Positions 38,806 to 51,519 of a DNA stretch of 64,000 bases are shown here, in pieces. Origin of the DNA: Camelus dromedarius (lineage: Eukaryota); assembly GCF_036321535.1 (NCBI RefSeq), contig NC_087436.1:44704001-44768000 (forward strand), given 5' to 3'. Made by a program: the position numbers and the translations under genes. The stretch's first letter is position 1. Every line of letters begins with the position of its first letter. The notes under the pieces are model-generated. The model saw only the letters and a list, made by a program, of their open reading frames with translations. It searched no databases and was not told the DNA's origin.

Positions 38806-40784
38806 GTTCTTATTCTGTTTCCTAACTCTCATGTATTATTTTTTCCCTCAGGCATATACTTCTCTCTTGGTTTTCCACTATTTATTCTCTCCTTGTTTTA
38901 AAAACATGATCACTATATTGTTAGTTTATTTTCCTTTTCTCTTCTTCCACATGGGGTCTTCTCCTCACATCTTGAAAAAATTTTTTCAATGGCCCATCTA
39001 CACTCATCCACCATTGCCACATTTACCACTCCCCCCAAATTAAATCCTCCCTAGACGTCAGCAAAAGGCAGGCTATGTAAGAGGTGCTTGTTGGATTAAT
39101 GAATGAGTAAAGAACATGTGTTTACAAGTTCATTTTATAAACACTTCAGTAAACTATATCTTGATTACAAAATCAATAAGCTAAGCCACACATTTGGTTT
39201 ATACAAATGAAAACACAAAATGGCTTTATTATATCAATATCAGTAAATTTAGATGTCAGCAATGGCAGAACAAAGATCATCACTATAATGGCCCAGCATT
39301 TTACACTTTGCTAGTTACATTGATTTGGTTCAGAATGCGGGTTAGTGCTGGATCTGGAAGAGACATAAGGACGTAGCTGAAAAGAGACAAGCCGGGAAGG
39401 AAAAAAAAGAAATTTATTTTTCCAGTTTTCACTGAGAAATTGCCATTCCTCTTTTATGATTATCATTCATCAAAATGGATTGAGTAGATTTTATTTCTTC
39501 TGTTTTTAATTATTACTTATTAAAAACCATTTATTCTTTTAGAAAGTGATACAATAAGTGGTTTTGGTTCTCAATAAAACATAATAAGGCTGACTGGTTG
39601 CTAGGATCCCATCTGAGGACGATATTTACTAGTTTTACTTATTTTGGTGTACCACGAGTTTTCATCTCTCCATTACTCACCAAAAGGAGTAGGGTATGCA
39701 TTTCAAGGATCTTCCAGGAATTTTTGCAGTGTGCATGGTCCACATTTCCCTTGATACACCCAGAAGACTTCTTTCCTAGTGTACATCCCTATAAGACCCA
39801 ATCATTATCCCTGGATTGAGTAACATATACTTCGGCACATGCTGTGATTTGAGAAGTGCCAGAAATTACCCACCCATACCAATAATTTGTCCACCAACTT
39901 AATTGCCAAAACAAGTTAATGACATATGAATTATCCATATGAGAGATAGTCCAAATGCAGTCTGATTGCTTGATTAAATCTTTTACTCATTCAGTACTGC
40001 GTGACTATCTGGAGCTTATATAATCTATCTAATCTAATCAGAATAGACAGGAGAAGCACTCTGGTAACATTAACAACTCCCCGCAGTCTATAATGAGAGA
40101 GCAAGCGGAATCATACATAACATGGGTATGGTTCAGGAAATACGGTCATTGTAGCTCTAAGCAGTGAGAGGATAAGAAGTAATCCGAGCCGCTCTGGATC
40201 CGTCTGGGGGAGAGTCATGAAGGATGCGGGACTTGCACAGGGTCTTGACACACGAGTAGCACTGGAATAAGTTATATGGTATGAGAGACACATTCCCAGT
40301 GGAGAAACAGTGTGGATATGTGCACAGTTTGGGCTGAACTGGGTGTGAACACTGAGGCTAGGCTCAAAGACACATTCTGGAGCAATGGGAGAGAATGCTG
40401 AACGTGCAGATCAACTTTGGAAACTTTAGCCCAAAGAACTTAAATGGTAAGATATACACAATGGGGTAGAGGCGTGGGTAGATGAACAATAAAGCTCATT
40501 CAAGCGGATCTAATGTTTCTATGGAAGTAAGAGAAAGAGGATCAAAGGCCATCTGATAGAAATCAAACTTTGAATCAAGGTATTTTTATAGCTTCCTTAA
40601 CAATATTCCTTATAGGTTTTGTACTGATAAAAGTTCCTAGGAATATGTTGTACATACATTTATTATCTTGCCATAAAACACTCACTTCAAGGAAAGAAAA
40701 GTAATTATAAATTGCTTACCTTATATACAGGAGGACTTTTGCATACAAATTTATTTTGTTCCAGTAATAACAGGTAGAAAGTAA

Positions 40785-40895
40785 GCTTCATGAAGTCAGA
40801 AGTTAGTCTGGCTTGTTTACCATGCTCTTCCATCTCCCAGAACTCTGCTTGGCGTAGGGCAGCTAGTCAGTAAGTATCTGTTGAGTGAAGAGTTA
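40785..40895 (+). mobile_element. LINE-2 3' tail
   Basis: GTAAGCTTCATGAAG...TCAGTAAGTATCTGTTGAGTGAA. Confidence 0.65.
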
Positions 40896-42214
40896 ATATT
40901 GGAGCAAACAGTATGATCACTATTTTACAGATAAGAAAGCTGAAACTTTTACAGAGTTTAAATTCATGCCAACTGGACGCTAACATGTACCCTCTTTATT
41001 TGGAAGGTTAAATGAGTGACAGAGTCAGAACTGATTATGAATTTGTAACTTCTCGCTCCTCCAGCCATCTAGCTCTGCCATAGCTCAGGACACAAAAGCA
41101 TGATTCTTACATCTTAATAGGGAGGAGGGAGAAAAAAATGATTCACCTTTTCTGTTCTGTCTGTCTATCTCTCTATCGATCTAGCTATCCATCTATCTTA
41201 TCTCCATCACATCTTTCATGTGTTGTGAGACTGTCAGATGGAATCGTGTTCCTTTCTCCAGTTCCTGCAGCGCCTGACCAAGCCCTAAATCAGTGACATG
41301 CATTTGTGAACAATTTCGACTCCTGGACTGAAGAGCATGAAGAGAAGAACCTCGCCCCTCCTTTCCCTTAGAGTAACAGTATTTCCACAGTCCAGTGTTC
41401 AGATGAAAGTTAGCATGTGTTTTATGTTAGCCATTAGAAGTGTGTTTTTTAGAGCTGTCAATAACCATTCTTTTTCTCTCTCTTTATTTAACTTGTACAG
41501 CGGCAGAAGAATAAATCAGAATTACTTGTTTTTGTGATTTGCTTAGATTTTCTACCGTTAAAATAAACCTGGATTCAATACAAAAACGTAAAAGATAAAT
41601 GTAGTGGTGGACCATGGTTTTTAAAAAATGTTTAACAATGTAACCATTTTTAAAATGGGGGTTTGTGTGTGTCTGTGGGAGAGACAGAGACAGATACTGC
41701 AGATATAAAGGTGGCAACAGACTGAGCACAGGGGTAATGAAAATGCACATTCTTCCACCTGACCCACCACTGACTCGGAGAAGTCTTCAGCAGCTTGGCT
41801 GGCCTCAAAGTCTATTTGATGTGGTTCTATCAATCCTTACATGTGTTTATATAGCCAAATCCACCGGACTCTTTTTCCAAATCATATATTTTAAAGGTCT
41901 ATTTCTAACATCTTGGAATCACTATCCCCTCAACTGAGATTCACCAATCACATTGGTAATATCCTGATAAGAGTAAGGAAGTCACTGTATTTAGCAGAAT
42001 ATTAAAATTAATATTTGTATTGGTCAAGTGTAGAGGTTATTTTAGTTTCATATTCATCATAACTTAAGTGCAAATCCACAAATTGGACTGAAAGAAAAAG
42101 TCGAAAGCAAGATGTAATCAAATTAACCTCATAGAATTTTATGGCTTTCTTTTAACGTGCTTATCAACATTTTAATGTATTAATCCTGCAATTTTCATTT
42201 AACATTGTTTTTCT

Positions 42215-42340
42215 CCCCTATAGTTCCATGAGGGCAAGGTCTCTGATGTCTTCCTCAGCAATACACCCTGCTTCTATATAGTGCCTAGAAAACAATAGCT
42301 AAGTACTGAATAATTATGTGTTGTTTGAATAAATGAATGA
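42215..42340 (+). mobile_element. LINE-2 3' tail
   Basis: GTTCCATGAGGGCAAGG...TTGAATAAATGAATGA. Confidence 0.65.
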
Positions 42341-42851
42341 CTATTGAGTGCATGCTATGTTTTTAGTACTTTACTGAGGGTAGAAACAGTACCAACAACA
42401 TAATTTTTTCCCCAAAATGTTTTAAATGTTCAGCCGAGTACAACAAATGATTCAAAAAAAAAAAAAAAACATAGTTTTTGTGGTGGTTTATTTGAGAAGA
42501 CACGACCAATATGTGTCTTCAGTTAAGAAAACTTTGGGATTTTCCTCTCAGTTTATGAAATATCACATCAACCAACCTGTATGGCCATCACGCACGATAG
42601 TCTTTGTTAAGAACAAATCTGAGGTCGTTGGTTACTTTAGCTTTGGGAGTTTCCAGATAAAGCAACTCAATTTCCCATCAGATCTTAGTAGCCACAGACT
42701 ACAAGCTTCTTGACGTCAGAGATTTCACATTACTTGAAGTTTCCACCATGTTGTTATCTCCTTGGTTTATACAAGGAGACTCAGTACAATTAGTCAGAAC
42801 GAAGACACTTTATAGTACATGGAGACTGTGCTACATATCAAAGTCTATTAT

Positions 42852-43417
42852 TGCACTGACAGCGGGCAAGTCAATTACTTGCATCAATCCAGCAGATACC
42901 GGGAAGCGAAGCAAGGGCGTTAGGTATTTCCTCTGGTACAAATCTATGGCCCCCTTTCCTGCTCTTGCTGCATGGAAGATAAGTTTAAAAAGAGAAAAGC
43001 AGTAGAAGCAAGGATGCCAGGAATGCCTATATATTACAGAGAAAGAAGTGAAACAGAGAAAAACATTCCAAAAAGGAAGACAACCAAAAAAGAAACCGAT
43101 ACTAGACGAGCACGTATAGGGAAAACGGCGTCACGCAGGCGCCCTTGCGAGACACCTGGTGCCCAGGGGCTCAGCCGTACTATCCCGCATGCCCGGGACC
43201 CACGTAGTGCTGTACAAGCACGACTTGCACCACGCAGGCGCACTGGTTAGCGCCTATCATATTTGGCCAGATGCCGGCTCTGTCTGCCTTGCTATATAAG
43301 CACTTTCCGCTGCAGCCATTGAAGCCCGTGTACCCCTCCACAATAAAGGCACGTCAGAGATGCCCACAGCTCTGAGAGAGTTCTTCCATCTGCCCAAATC
43401 CGGGAACCTGCCAGGCA
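42852..43417 (+). mobile_element. Solo retroviral LTR, family unassigned
   Basis: TG...CA ends with imperfect terminal inverted repeat (TGCACTGACAG / CTGCCAGGCA). TTAT on both sides (42848-42851, 43418-43421), TATATAA at 43293-43299, AATAAA at 43342-43347. CpG-rich against the flanks; no adjacent primer-binding site or polypurine tract. Confidence 0.78.
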
Positions 43418-44743
43418 TTATTATTATTATTTTTGCATTTATAGCACCACCCCTCTCGCAAAATTTTATCTCTGGACCTCATAAGTCTTCCAGTCCCTCC
43501 TAAGATGTGCTTCTGAAGCTCAAGCTACGACCATCAACAGCCTCCTCCCAGCCAGGTTTCCCCAACTCCACCAGCAGATACAGTTCTCTGCTCCTTCCAA
43601 GGATCATCAGCCACAAAGTTCTGGCTCACTAGAAGCTCTCCTAAGGCCCCCATCAAAATGCACAACCTTCAGGGTAAGAATGACAAGGCAGGTCACACTA
43701 AGCAAGAAAAAATTCGAATATTATAATACGTGTGTTTCAGGGAGGAAATGGGAAGAGCAAGGTTTACTCCAAACATGACGATAAATATCATTTCCTTTAA
43801 GAATTAGGTAAAGGCTACAAATTATTCCTTAAAAGGTGCATGTGTTTCCCGTGCATTTTCTAACTAGCCACAAGTTTCCTTCTCCAGGCAGACCAGTCAT
43901 CGAGAAAGCAAAACCAACAAAATCAAAGGGGCCTCTGTGTGGACAGAGCCTTCATCTATCTAGTTTGTAAGCTTGGACCCAAGGGATGTCATCTCAGATG
44001 CCTCTAGAACGAAATGGAATTAGCAATTACACAGATCTTCTCCACTAGAATTGCATTAAAAATAATTTAACATACTTGTTACATATACTTTAATCATATT
44101 ATCCCATAAGTAACCAGCCACTGATCTCAAAGGTCAGTATATAATTACAATGTATGTACAAAGGGGAATACAGCCCTAGACACTGGAATGTAATGTTGCC
44201 TCTACAATTCTTTTCTCCTTTCTTTTTTATTCAGTCCATTTAAAGAATGGACTTCTTCATGTAGCTTCTTATCTCTCTCCTTGTAGAAATTACGAATAAG
44301 AAGTCTTAAAGGAAAGTCTTATTGATCTGGTGCTTTGCTTGAAATATAACAATAATATGTTGTCTTTATATAGAAAGATAGTATCATCATTAAAATATCT
44401 TTGTCGCTATTGCTTTAAATCTAGTATGCACAGAGGTATTTACTCCACCGTGGAATGGAGAATCTTGATGAACCATATATGCATATATTTAACTCACAAC
44501 CTTTGCCACAGGTGCAAAAATAAATGTATATTTTTTTCAACAATCTTATTTGTGGGCTTCCATAGCAAGCTGCATTCTATCTCCACAGATTTGCTCAGTT
44601 AGTTTTTGTACATCCTGAGCATGGAATGGAAAATGCCCTCTCTGTTACTTATCTACTTGGGAATCTATTATTGAAGCTTATATCAAATGAGCAAGAAAAG
44701 GATCTGGCCACCCTATGCTGGTCTCTGGTTTTCAAGAAATTAT

Positions 44744-44861
44744 GGGGGATGGAAGGGTATAGCTCAGTGGTAGAGTGTGTGCTTAGCATGCACAAGGTCC
44801 TGGGTTCATCCTCAGTTCCTCCATTAAATAAATAAATAAAACTAATTACTGCCCCCCCCAA
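44744..44861 (+). mobile_element. tRNA-Ala-derived SINE, camelid Vic-1-like
   Basis: A box TAGCTCAGTGG, tRNA-Ala-like body GCTTAGCATGCAC, degenerate B box GGTTCATCC, (TAAA)n and CTAATTACTGCCCCCC tail. TSD AAGAAATTAT at 44734-44743 and 44862-44871. Confidence 0.9.
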
Positions 44862-45389
44862 AAGAAATTATACATGCATATCCCTTTACAATATATAAGA
44901 AGCTCTATTATTGTGCACAGAGAGCCAGAAATGATGTGATGTGGTAGAAAGTTGGCTTAATCTTTGGCTCTTTCTGGCTCTGTACTCTTACACTAGCAAG
45001 CAGGGTCTACTACATGGAGAAAAGATGATTTTATATGTGTGTATATGTGTGTGTGTGTGTATATATATGCAGCCTGATACCACTGCCTTCTTTGTGAATC
45101 TGCTTTGTCTATCCACAATGTCTAACGATAATAGGTGCTTAATAAATATTTTCTCAATAGATGAAAGAATACTTGAATATATTCTGACTGTAGAGCTCAC
45201 ATTTATTCTTTATCAACACAATCTGAGTGTTACAATTACATGCTTTTTCTCCTTCCCCACCCTAAATTTAGCTTTTCATTTTTTTCACATTTCAAGCCAT
45301 CATAGCCAATGACAACCAGTCACCAAAGAAAGACAAAGATTGTCCAAGGGGGAAGAAAAAAAAAACAAACTCAGTCTTAGAAGCAAAAA

Positions 45390-45800
45390 ATCTAGATCGA
45401 GTCTTTTGGGATTTGCTCATAATGTGCCTTTGGTCAAGTCACTTACTTTCTTAGTTTTTTCATCTTAAAATGAATTTATGCAGTTGTTATAAGAATCAAA
45501 GGATAATATTTGAGAAAATACTGTGTAATATGCCAACTTCTACATGAATAATAATGCACATAAGAATTTACAGTTTAGGCAGCAGATATCATTCTAACAG
45601 CATCAGCTATTTTAACTTATTTAATTCTCACAATGGTTTTAAAAGGTGGTGTGTCCCCCTCTAACGCAGACCCATTTTACAGATGAGTACACTAAGGCAC
45701 AGAGATGTTATATGAGGCACTTGTGAAAACACAGCAAATAAATGACAGAGTCAATGTTTGATCCCAGGAGAAGTGACTAGATTCTAGTTCTCAACCTCTA
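45390..45800. mobile_element. Two MIRs in opposite orientation (plus ~45390-45530, minus ~45615-45800)
   Basis: TTGGTCAAGTCACTTA...CATCTTAAAATG; CCCATTTTACAGATGAG...AGGCACAGAGA. Confidence 0.7.
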
Positions 45801-48800
45801 ATAAAGAAACAAACAAAAACCCTCAAACAAACAAAATTTCAAGAGAAATAAAGACCCAGAAGCATCATGGCATGACCATACCTTGCTGTCTAGTAGGCAT
45901 ACTATCATTGAAAAATATTTTGAGGAAGGATGAGGGGGACTGAGGACACTAAAAGTCTCAGTTCTTCTTTTCACACTTCCCTGGTAGAGAGATATTTAGA
46001 TACTAGTGCTAATTTGTAAATTTTAGCACCTCATAAACTCAAGGGTAAAGCAGCCAAACCATTGGAAAGGAGTTTTGTATAACTGTTTGGATTAAAACGG
46101 TAATTTTTGCAGTGACTGAAATATGACAAACTAAATAAAAATTAATTCAACAGAGTTTAGCAAATGCAACATAATGATTGATCATTTGATTCAAGAAGTT
46201 AAAAGTCACATTTCTGGGGAGGGACAGAAGAGAATTAATGATGCATGTCCCAAAATAATATGCTGTAGCTTTACTAGACAACTTTATTCTGACTTTAAAA
46301 AAGAGGAGCTAAGATCTCATAGCCATTTTCAAGGATTGCATCCAGAAACAATTAAAACTGCTCACTGGAATTTTTGTACTTGCTCCATAATGTGGGGGTA
46401 AATATAGGTTTTAAAAACTCTAAGAGGGAAGGGGAGAAGGGAATGCAAAAAGAAGGATTATCACTTCAATTTAAAGTTTGAAACAGAATTCAATTTGAAA
46501 AGTAAAATTTCCATTAAGTCTTAGCTGCAACTTTTCAGTACAAAACAAAACAAAAAAGATAAATATAGTAAAATGCAAGTCATTTAGAGCTGCTTTATAG
46601 TAGAATTATCTTATAATAAGTATTTTGATAAATGTTTATGACATGTTCATTTTAAATAAATTTTGGTAAACTTTGGGGAAAAGTAATTGCCAAATATGTA
46701 TTTCATGCTTTTAACTCAAATCACTTGGGGGAAAAGAAACAAACAGGAATTGCCTCAGTGTTCTCCCTTCCTTGAAATAATCTTTAAAATATATCCTCTT
46801 ACCATGCCTTATTTCTTGGATGTACACACTCTACTCAATGCTAAAATTCTTCTAAATAAATCTTATTTTTCAGTAGTTTGCATGAAAAGCAGCTATAGTT
46901 TCCTCTCCAATGTTACATGGTAAAAAGCTTGGTTATCGTCGTATAAAAGATGGTCAGAAATTCTAAAGCAGACCATTAAAAATACATTGAAAAGGGCAAA
47001 GATAAGATAAAATGGTGTCAAAAGCTTATTATAGTGAACAAAATCCTAAAAGCATGAGGGTAATGGAAACGATTTCAAGAAGAATAATCATTAGATATCC
47101 TAGTATTATAGTAGCCTAAATGAAGAATAGGGTATATGTTATCATGAATCTTTTCTGTTTCTTGGATCCAAATCAACACTGACAACTGAACATGATCAGT
47201 ATCAGTCTGAGTTTTGTCACAGTTAACAAGCCAAATGGATGCAGATCAAAACACCTTTTTCATGTCAGGAATAGAGCTCGGTTGTCAAAAAAGCATAGTG
47301 ACGAGTGACCGTGGGGAGACATCCCAGCAATAATCAATTGCCAATCAGTCATGGAAAGTGCTTATTCTGCTCTTATACGAGCCTCTTCATTACTCGCTGT
47401 GCAAAGATCTCAGGAGAGAGAAGATAAAGGTTCCTTTCAATGAATAAATCAATAGTTTCTACACAGAAAAATGGAGAGAAAAGCAACCCGGATTGGGTTT
47501 AGAAATTATGTTCGTTTTCTAATTGTTTTGGGTTTTTTTTTTTTTGGTTCCGTTTAAAAAGATAACTTAAAAAAAGTGGCAGTAGAAATAACTAAAATAG
47601 AAAGAGCTAAAATTTGCTTTCCTCAAAACGGGTAATTCAGCATTTCCCTAAATAAATGTCAGAAGTCAGGGATCTAAATCTGAACAGTAAGAACTGATTA
47701 ATTGAAGTGAATATGTTCTCTTTAAATATACATATATGAATATTTCTCTGTGTGTATACATGGTGAGTGGAGTGATGGTACATGGCAGCAATATCTGAAG
47801 AATATTAAAAGGTTAATCAAAATATTAGTTGCAGGTAAAGATTACATAGTTCAATTAAATGAGTATGATGCATAAGTGTAACCACAAGGGGAGAACACTC
47901 AAGTGGCTTGAATTTACAGATGCTTTTGGGGGGGGATATTAAAATTCTGTTCTCTTAGGATCTGCACATAATAACAGTGAGTCCCACCAGAAGGCCAAAG
48001 AAAAGTTATTTCTTCTCTTCTGCCTGTTTATTTGTGAAGCAGATGCATTCTCTTTTCCTTAAGCGAGTCCATAACCACTTTGGCACCTACCCTGAGCTCC
48101 TCGGCATAGCTAAACGCTTAGGGTAGGAAAGCTGGTCGGGGAGATGATTTTGAACGTGTTTTCATAGTGGAAAACGGGTTTGCCAAAATAGTTTGACTTT
48201 ATGAAAGGGGAGAACAGCTGTATTTGGTTTATAATAAATCTTTCACAAATCAGTGAAAGCAAATAGACAGCACAACTGCAACCCATAAAAATGGAAAATA
48301 TTAAACAACAGGCAGTGAAGTTGTTAAACTTTCCCACAGACACTGCAGGTCTGGGAAAAAAAAAGCATCTAGGAAATCCACCCATGCAACTCACATGAAA
48401 AAGTGGACGGAATCACATCAGAAGAGGAGAAGGAATTACTGCTGATTAGAGGAAAAATCCTGCTAAGGTGATTCTTCTAGGCATCGGGATGCAGGTGTCC
48501 ACGGCCGTTTCTTCCTCCTATTACTGAATGTTAGTGCAGAATAATTACTTGCTTGCCAAAAATGACAGGACACTGACCCTGCAGACTTATTGAATTCTCA
48601 TTGCCTGCCTCCAGGCCATGTCGGGGGTTATTCAATTTTGCCTGAGGAGGACAATCTATTATGAGAGATGAGTCAAGAAGGCATCTTCCTTGATTGCCCA
48701 CCAAAACCATTACCGCGGCACAGAGAGGGCATCGGCGGGGTGTGGACAGACAAGACAACACTGATCTCGATTACCCAGGGACAAGATACAATTTACATTA

Positions 48801-50409
48801 CTTGAAGCCACAGGACAGAGGGCAATCAGCCCTGGGAATAGGGCGGCAGCCCTGGAGTGAACAGGTATTAACAGCAGAGCTGCGTCTGAACTACTTGCTT
48901 ATGCCAGTCATGACCTTTAGCCTGACAAGGTAGTAACTGATTGGTTTGATCTGTAATTATGTAAATAATTTTACATGGAGAAACAGCATTGTTCTCAAAA
49001 ACTAGAAGCAAAAACCAGAATGTCAAAAATTGAAAATCTGTGGATCATATTTACTTCATCATATCCGTCTTAGCTTTTCTGTGCTCAAGCAGTTTCATAG
49101 CCCTAGCAGTTGTTTTGACCCAGGGAACTTGTTGCAACCAAAATTGTCTATCAGTGGCAAAAGCAATAGTTTCAATCCTACCACAGCTGCAATCCCTACA
49201 GGTTACAATGCCTGTCTCTTTCTTTTTTTCTTTCCAAAGTTGCGGGTTATGAATGAAGGTATCCTTTAAGCATAAGACCCTAGTGTGTAATGTGTCTGCA
49301 ATGATCTCGTAAAATTTTGATTTGAGACTCTGATCGATAAGCCAATTTTATGGGGCTAATGATAACATATAAAGAAATCAAGTAATGCTTTCTCTTTAGA
49401 TTTGATTGTTAGCTAACTTACTGGATCCCAATATCCCGTTAAACTATTCTGCTAAATTGGAAAATCATCCACTGTTTTTCTTTCAGTCAATGAGAAATGC
49501 TTCATTACATGTTTTTTAAAAATGATTTAATTGAGAAGGAGAAATGCTTACATTTTTCTGTGGATTATAAGGGTCAGGGACTATGGTAGGGGTTTTCTAA
49601 ATATAATGATAATTTCAATTTAACATATTGGAATAATAGTATGCTCAAAAGACCTAGCAATGGGTAGACTTTTCTAATCTTGGGAGTTCCTATCCGCATG
49701 AGATAAAATTCCAATAGAAACAATAGTTAGCATTTTCTAGATAATTATATAAGAATCCATGGGAAAGTGCTTCAAATATGAAAAATAATGCACGTTATTT
49801 CAGAATTCTCCTGCTATGCTATTAGTAACTCTGCTGAAGCTGAAAAGCAAATAACCTCTCATTCCCCCATGAACACTGATTAATTAGGGCATGAAACCAG
49901 GGTGATTTGTGAAAGAGCTTTGCAAAACAAAAGCTTTGTGTGATTTTATGCTTGACTCCTATCTGAATCAAGCTAGCAACTAAAGAAAATTATATTAAAC
50001 CACTGACTTAAAAATTAGAATATGTGTTAGCAAAGGTTCAAAATAGCAGTCAGCCCCTCTTTTCAAGTTAAAATTTATTAAAAAATCAAAATGCTTTGTT
50101 TGGTTTCAATCCCAGCATGTACACAAGTTGATATGCCCTGAATCCCATATCCAAGGCACACATGTCACTCACTTTAAATGGTTCATGAAATTGATATCAA
50201 GGAAAAAGAAAAAGAAGTTACCACTAAGTTTGGCATGTAGTAGGCACTGGAAAAACTTGTTTTAGTAATTACATAAAACTGATTTTTAGCAAACATTGGA
50301 TTAAAGATCACAGAATATTAAAATGTGTAATTGGCCCTACATTTTACAGTTGAGAAGATAAGCCCCTTCATTAAGCTTGCAGGGCAAGTAAAATTTAGGA
50401 GTTTCGAGC

Positions 50410-50625
50410 AAGTCCCCAGAGTTAGACTCTCTGGACTAGAATCATACTATGTAGCTTTGAGCAAATTACTTAACCTCTCTGAGCTTCAGTTTTCGCATAT
50501 GTAATCTACATACAATAGTACTTATGACACATCATTGTTGTATAAATTAACTGGGACAATATATCCATGAGACATTTATTAGGTACTTGGTACAAATTAT
50601 GTTCTCAATAAACATTAGCATTTAC
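50410..50625 (+). mobile_element. MIR SINE
   Basis: TTGAGCAAATTACTTAACCTCTCTGAGCTTCAGTTT...CTCAATAAACATTAGC. Confidence 0.85.
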
Positions 50626-50790
50626 TGTTAAGTGTAAAGCCAAAGGTCATTCAGTTGGATGACAAGGCATCAATTAAAAAACAGGTTACTCTTTTGTTAA
50701 AACACATCATCACCTCTCCTGTGGGACTTTTTCTGTTAATAGCATCAATTTGTGCATCTAGTTTAGAAGTAGAAAGTTCAAATCAACAAA

Positions 50791-50811
50791 ACATATGTGT
50801 GTGTGTGTGTA

Positions 50812-50842
<31 letters not shown>

Positions 50843-50858
50843 ATACACATATATATAT
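50791..50858. repeat. (TG)n compound microsatellite
   Basis: Directly visible. Confidence 0.95.
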
Positions 50859-51289
50859 AAATCATCTGTAATCCCAACCCAGAAAAAGAAGCAGAATCAG
50901 CAGCTTGATGTGTGTTTACCAAATAGATTTATTTGCCCACATATGTGTATTTACACATTAAAACTCTACCATACACTACAAATGGGGTCTAAAATTTCTA
51001 GTTATATAAAATGTGGATAGATTTTATTGTGAGATGAATGAAAAGACAGGGTAATGAACCTGCAGAGCTAGTTATCTGAAAGGACAGCAGAGAGTCTGGT
51101 AACCAACTGCCAATCACAGGCGCTTTATCACAAGGTTTTACTTTACACACGCACACGTGTGTATGTGTGTGTGCATTTTTATGCATATGAAATCATGCTA
51201 CGACTCATACTGTTTGGCTAGTCAACCCTTCTTTTAACAATAGATTACGAGCATCATTCCAAGCCAAAACGGCATCACACTAATTAAAA

Positions 51290-51495
51290 TCTGGCTCTGG
51301 ATTCAAACAAACCTGTGTTTCCTTGTTAACTCTGACACTTACTAGCTGTGTGTATGTGAGCAAGTTACTAAGCCTCTATTCTTTCATCTGTAAAAAGGGA
51401 TTTAATTATCCCAACCCATCAGTTCCTAGTAAACATTAAATGGTATAATCCATATTAAGCACATAGTACAAATACATAACACTTAATAAACTCTC
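51290..51495 (+). mobile_element. MIR SINE
   Basis: ACTTACTAGCTGTGTG...CAAGTTACT...TCATCTGTAAAA. Confidence 0.8.
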
Positions 51496-51519
51496 CAAAA
51501 CTATTAGATTTTTAAAAAG

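Noticed and set aside
42852..43417. Assigning the LTR to lentivirus or deltaretrovirus
   Set aside because: I see no recognisable similarity beyond a generic TATA box and a basic ORF, and there is no internal sequence to classify.
44744..44825. Possible tRNA-Ala gene
   Set aside because: The degenerate B box, SINE tail and TSD indicate a SINE.
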